A stretch of 62,071 nt of DNA, counting the filler, from an uncultured bacterium (lineage in GTDB: Bacteria > CAZSTA01), in assembly GCA_964609495.1 (NCBI GenBank). It is 6 parts of 6 records of this genome, joined end to end, with 100 filler letters (N's around TTAATTAATTAA, not from the genome) between each part and the next. Parts side by side here need not be neighbours in the genome. Positions count along the whole stretch, not along the records: positions 52,140 to 62,071 come from CAZSTA010000135.1; 5 more parts are not named here. One strand, written 5' to 3'. The notes beneath the pieces were generated by a model. It saw nothing but the letters and a program-made list of their open reading frames with translations, had not been told where the DNA came from and searched no databases. A program made the position numbers and the translations under genes. Positions 61,115-62,071 of the stretch are shown in pieces. The stretch's first letter is position 1. Each line of letters opens with the position of its first letter.

Positions 61115-62071
61115 GTGTTCAAAAGATCATTAACTCTAACAGTTATTTTGACCCTCTGCTTAATATTTCCTCCTCTCCCGACATTTAGTCAAGATAAGTT
61201 TGAGTGGAAGATGGGAACAGGAAGCGTAGGAGGGGTATATTTTCCAACTGGCTGTACCATAACAGAGTTGATAAACTGGTTCACAAGTGATACCGCTTAT
61301 GTCTTTAGCTCCAAAGGTTCTGGTGATAATGTCAACAAAGTCGATTCTGGCGAATATAACCTCGCCATCGCTCAAAATGATGTCAGTGGTGATGCCTATG
61401 AAGGAGTGGGAAGCTACAAGGATAAAGAGGCGAGTAACATCAGAGGGGTGGTAAGTCTATATCCAGAACTTATCCAGATCGCCACTCGAAGAAGTTCCGA
61501 GATCAGGAGTATCGAAGATCTGAGGGGCAAAAAGATCTCGATAGGTCCAGAAGGGAGTGGAACTGCGGTTAACGCCGAATTAATATTAAAAATCGCGGGA
61601 ATCTGGAATCAGATAGGTGAGATCAAATATCTCTCCTTTGATGAACATGCCGAAGAAATGATAAAGGAGAATCTCGACGCGGCTTTCTTCACCGCGGGAA
61701 CTCCTGCTCCCATAGTGGAGAATTTAGCTAAGCGCTCTGATATCTCCCTTCTCTCTCTAAACGATTCCTTGATCTCAAAACTTCAGAATGAGAATCCCTA
61801 TTTCGTCTCGGTCAAGATCCCGGCGGGGACTTATAAAGGGATGGATAGGGATGCGAGGACGGTAGGAGTTGCTGCCATCCTGATAACCAATATAGGTGTC
61901 CCAGAGGATAAATTATATGAGCTGGTGAAGTTGATCTTCTCTCATCTCGATTATATACGCTATGGGACTCCCATCGGAGGGAATATCACCTTACCTGGCG
62001 CTTTAGATGGAATCCCGATTCCGCTTCACCCAGGCGCTAAGAAATATTTTGAAGAAGTAGGACTTCTTTAA
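61115..62071 (+). CDS. TAXI family TRAP transporter solute receptor
   Basis: TGSVGGVYFP.G, GS..N, AQND, GSGT, PLHPGA..YF.E. Confidence 0.95.
   Translation: MFKRSLTLTVILTLCLIFPPLPTFSQDKFEWKMGTGSVGGVYFPTGCTITELINWFTSDTAYVFSSKGSGDNVNKVDSGEYNLAIAQNDVSGDAYEGVGSYKDKEASNIRGVVSLYPELIQIATRRSSEIRSIEDLRGKKISIGPEGSGTAVNAELILKIAGIWNQIGEIKYLSFDEHAEEMIKENLDAAFFTAGTPAPIVENLAKRSDISLLSLNDSLISKLQNENPYFVSVKIPAGTYKGMDRDARTVGVAAILITNIGVPEDKLYELVKLIFSHLDYIRYGTPIGGNITLPGALDGIPIPLHPGAKKYFEEVGLL

Overview
This window is six unrelated ~10 kb bacterial contigs joined by 100-nt N/TTAATTAATTAA linkers. Contig lengths fall monotonically (10511, 10421, 10411, 10241, 10055, 9932 nt), so adjacency across linkers is artificial. 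The gene content suggests a probably uncultured, selenocysteine-using, sugar-importing bacterium that combines TonB, TolB-like, PEGA and SPOR envelope proteins with Asp23, DUF951 and a PASTA protein (inference). Main genes: a TPR-selA-rhomboid-selB-selC operon, two sugar ABC operons, htrA, clpC (partial), sppA, hisF/hisI, groES/groEL, two DegT aminotransferases, a partial type IIG R-M gene, cooC, a PASTA pseudokinase, an SBP-vWA pair and a TAXI receptor. Signals the ORF track misses: (1) a secreted UshA-like selenoprotein with in-frame UGA (C-G-U), a SECIS-like hairpin and a degenerate metal site; (2) a 2084-bp transposase-less element with perfect 16-bp TIRs and a 5-bp TSD that carries two cargo genes and an internal copy of its own end; (3) nested miniature elements, namely a GC-rich double-hairpin core with different termini and a ~51-53 bp palindrome that inserts into it and into itself; (4) a sigma54-type promoter with candidate enhancer sites upstream of receiver-groES-groEL.
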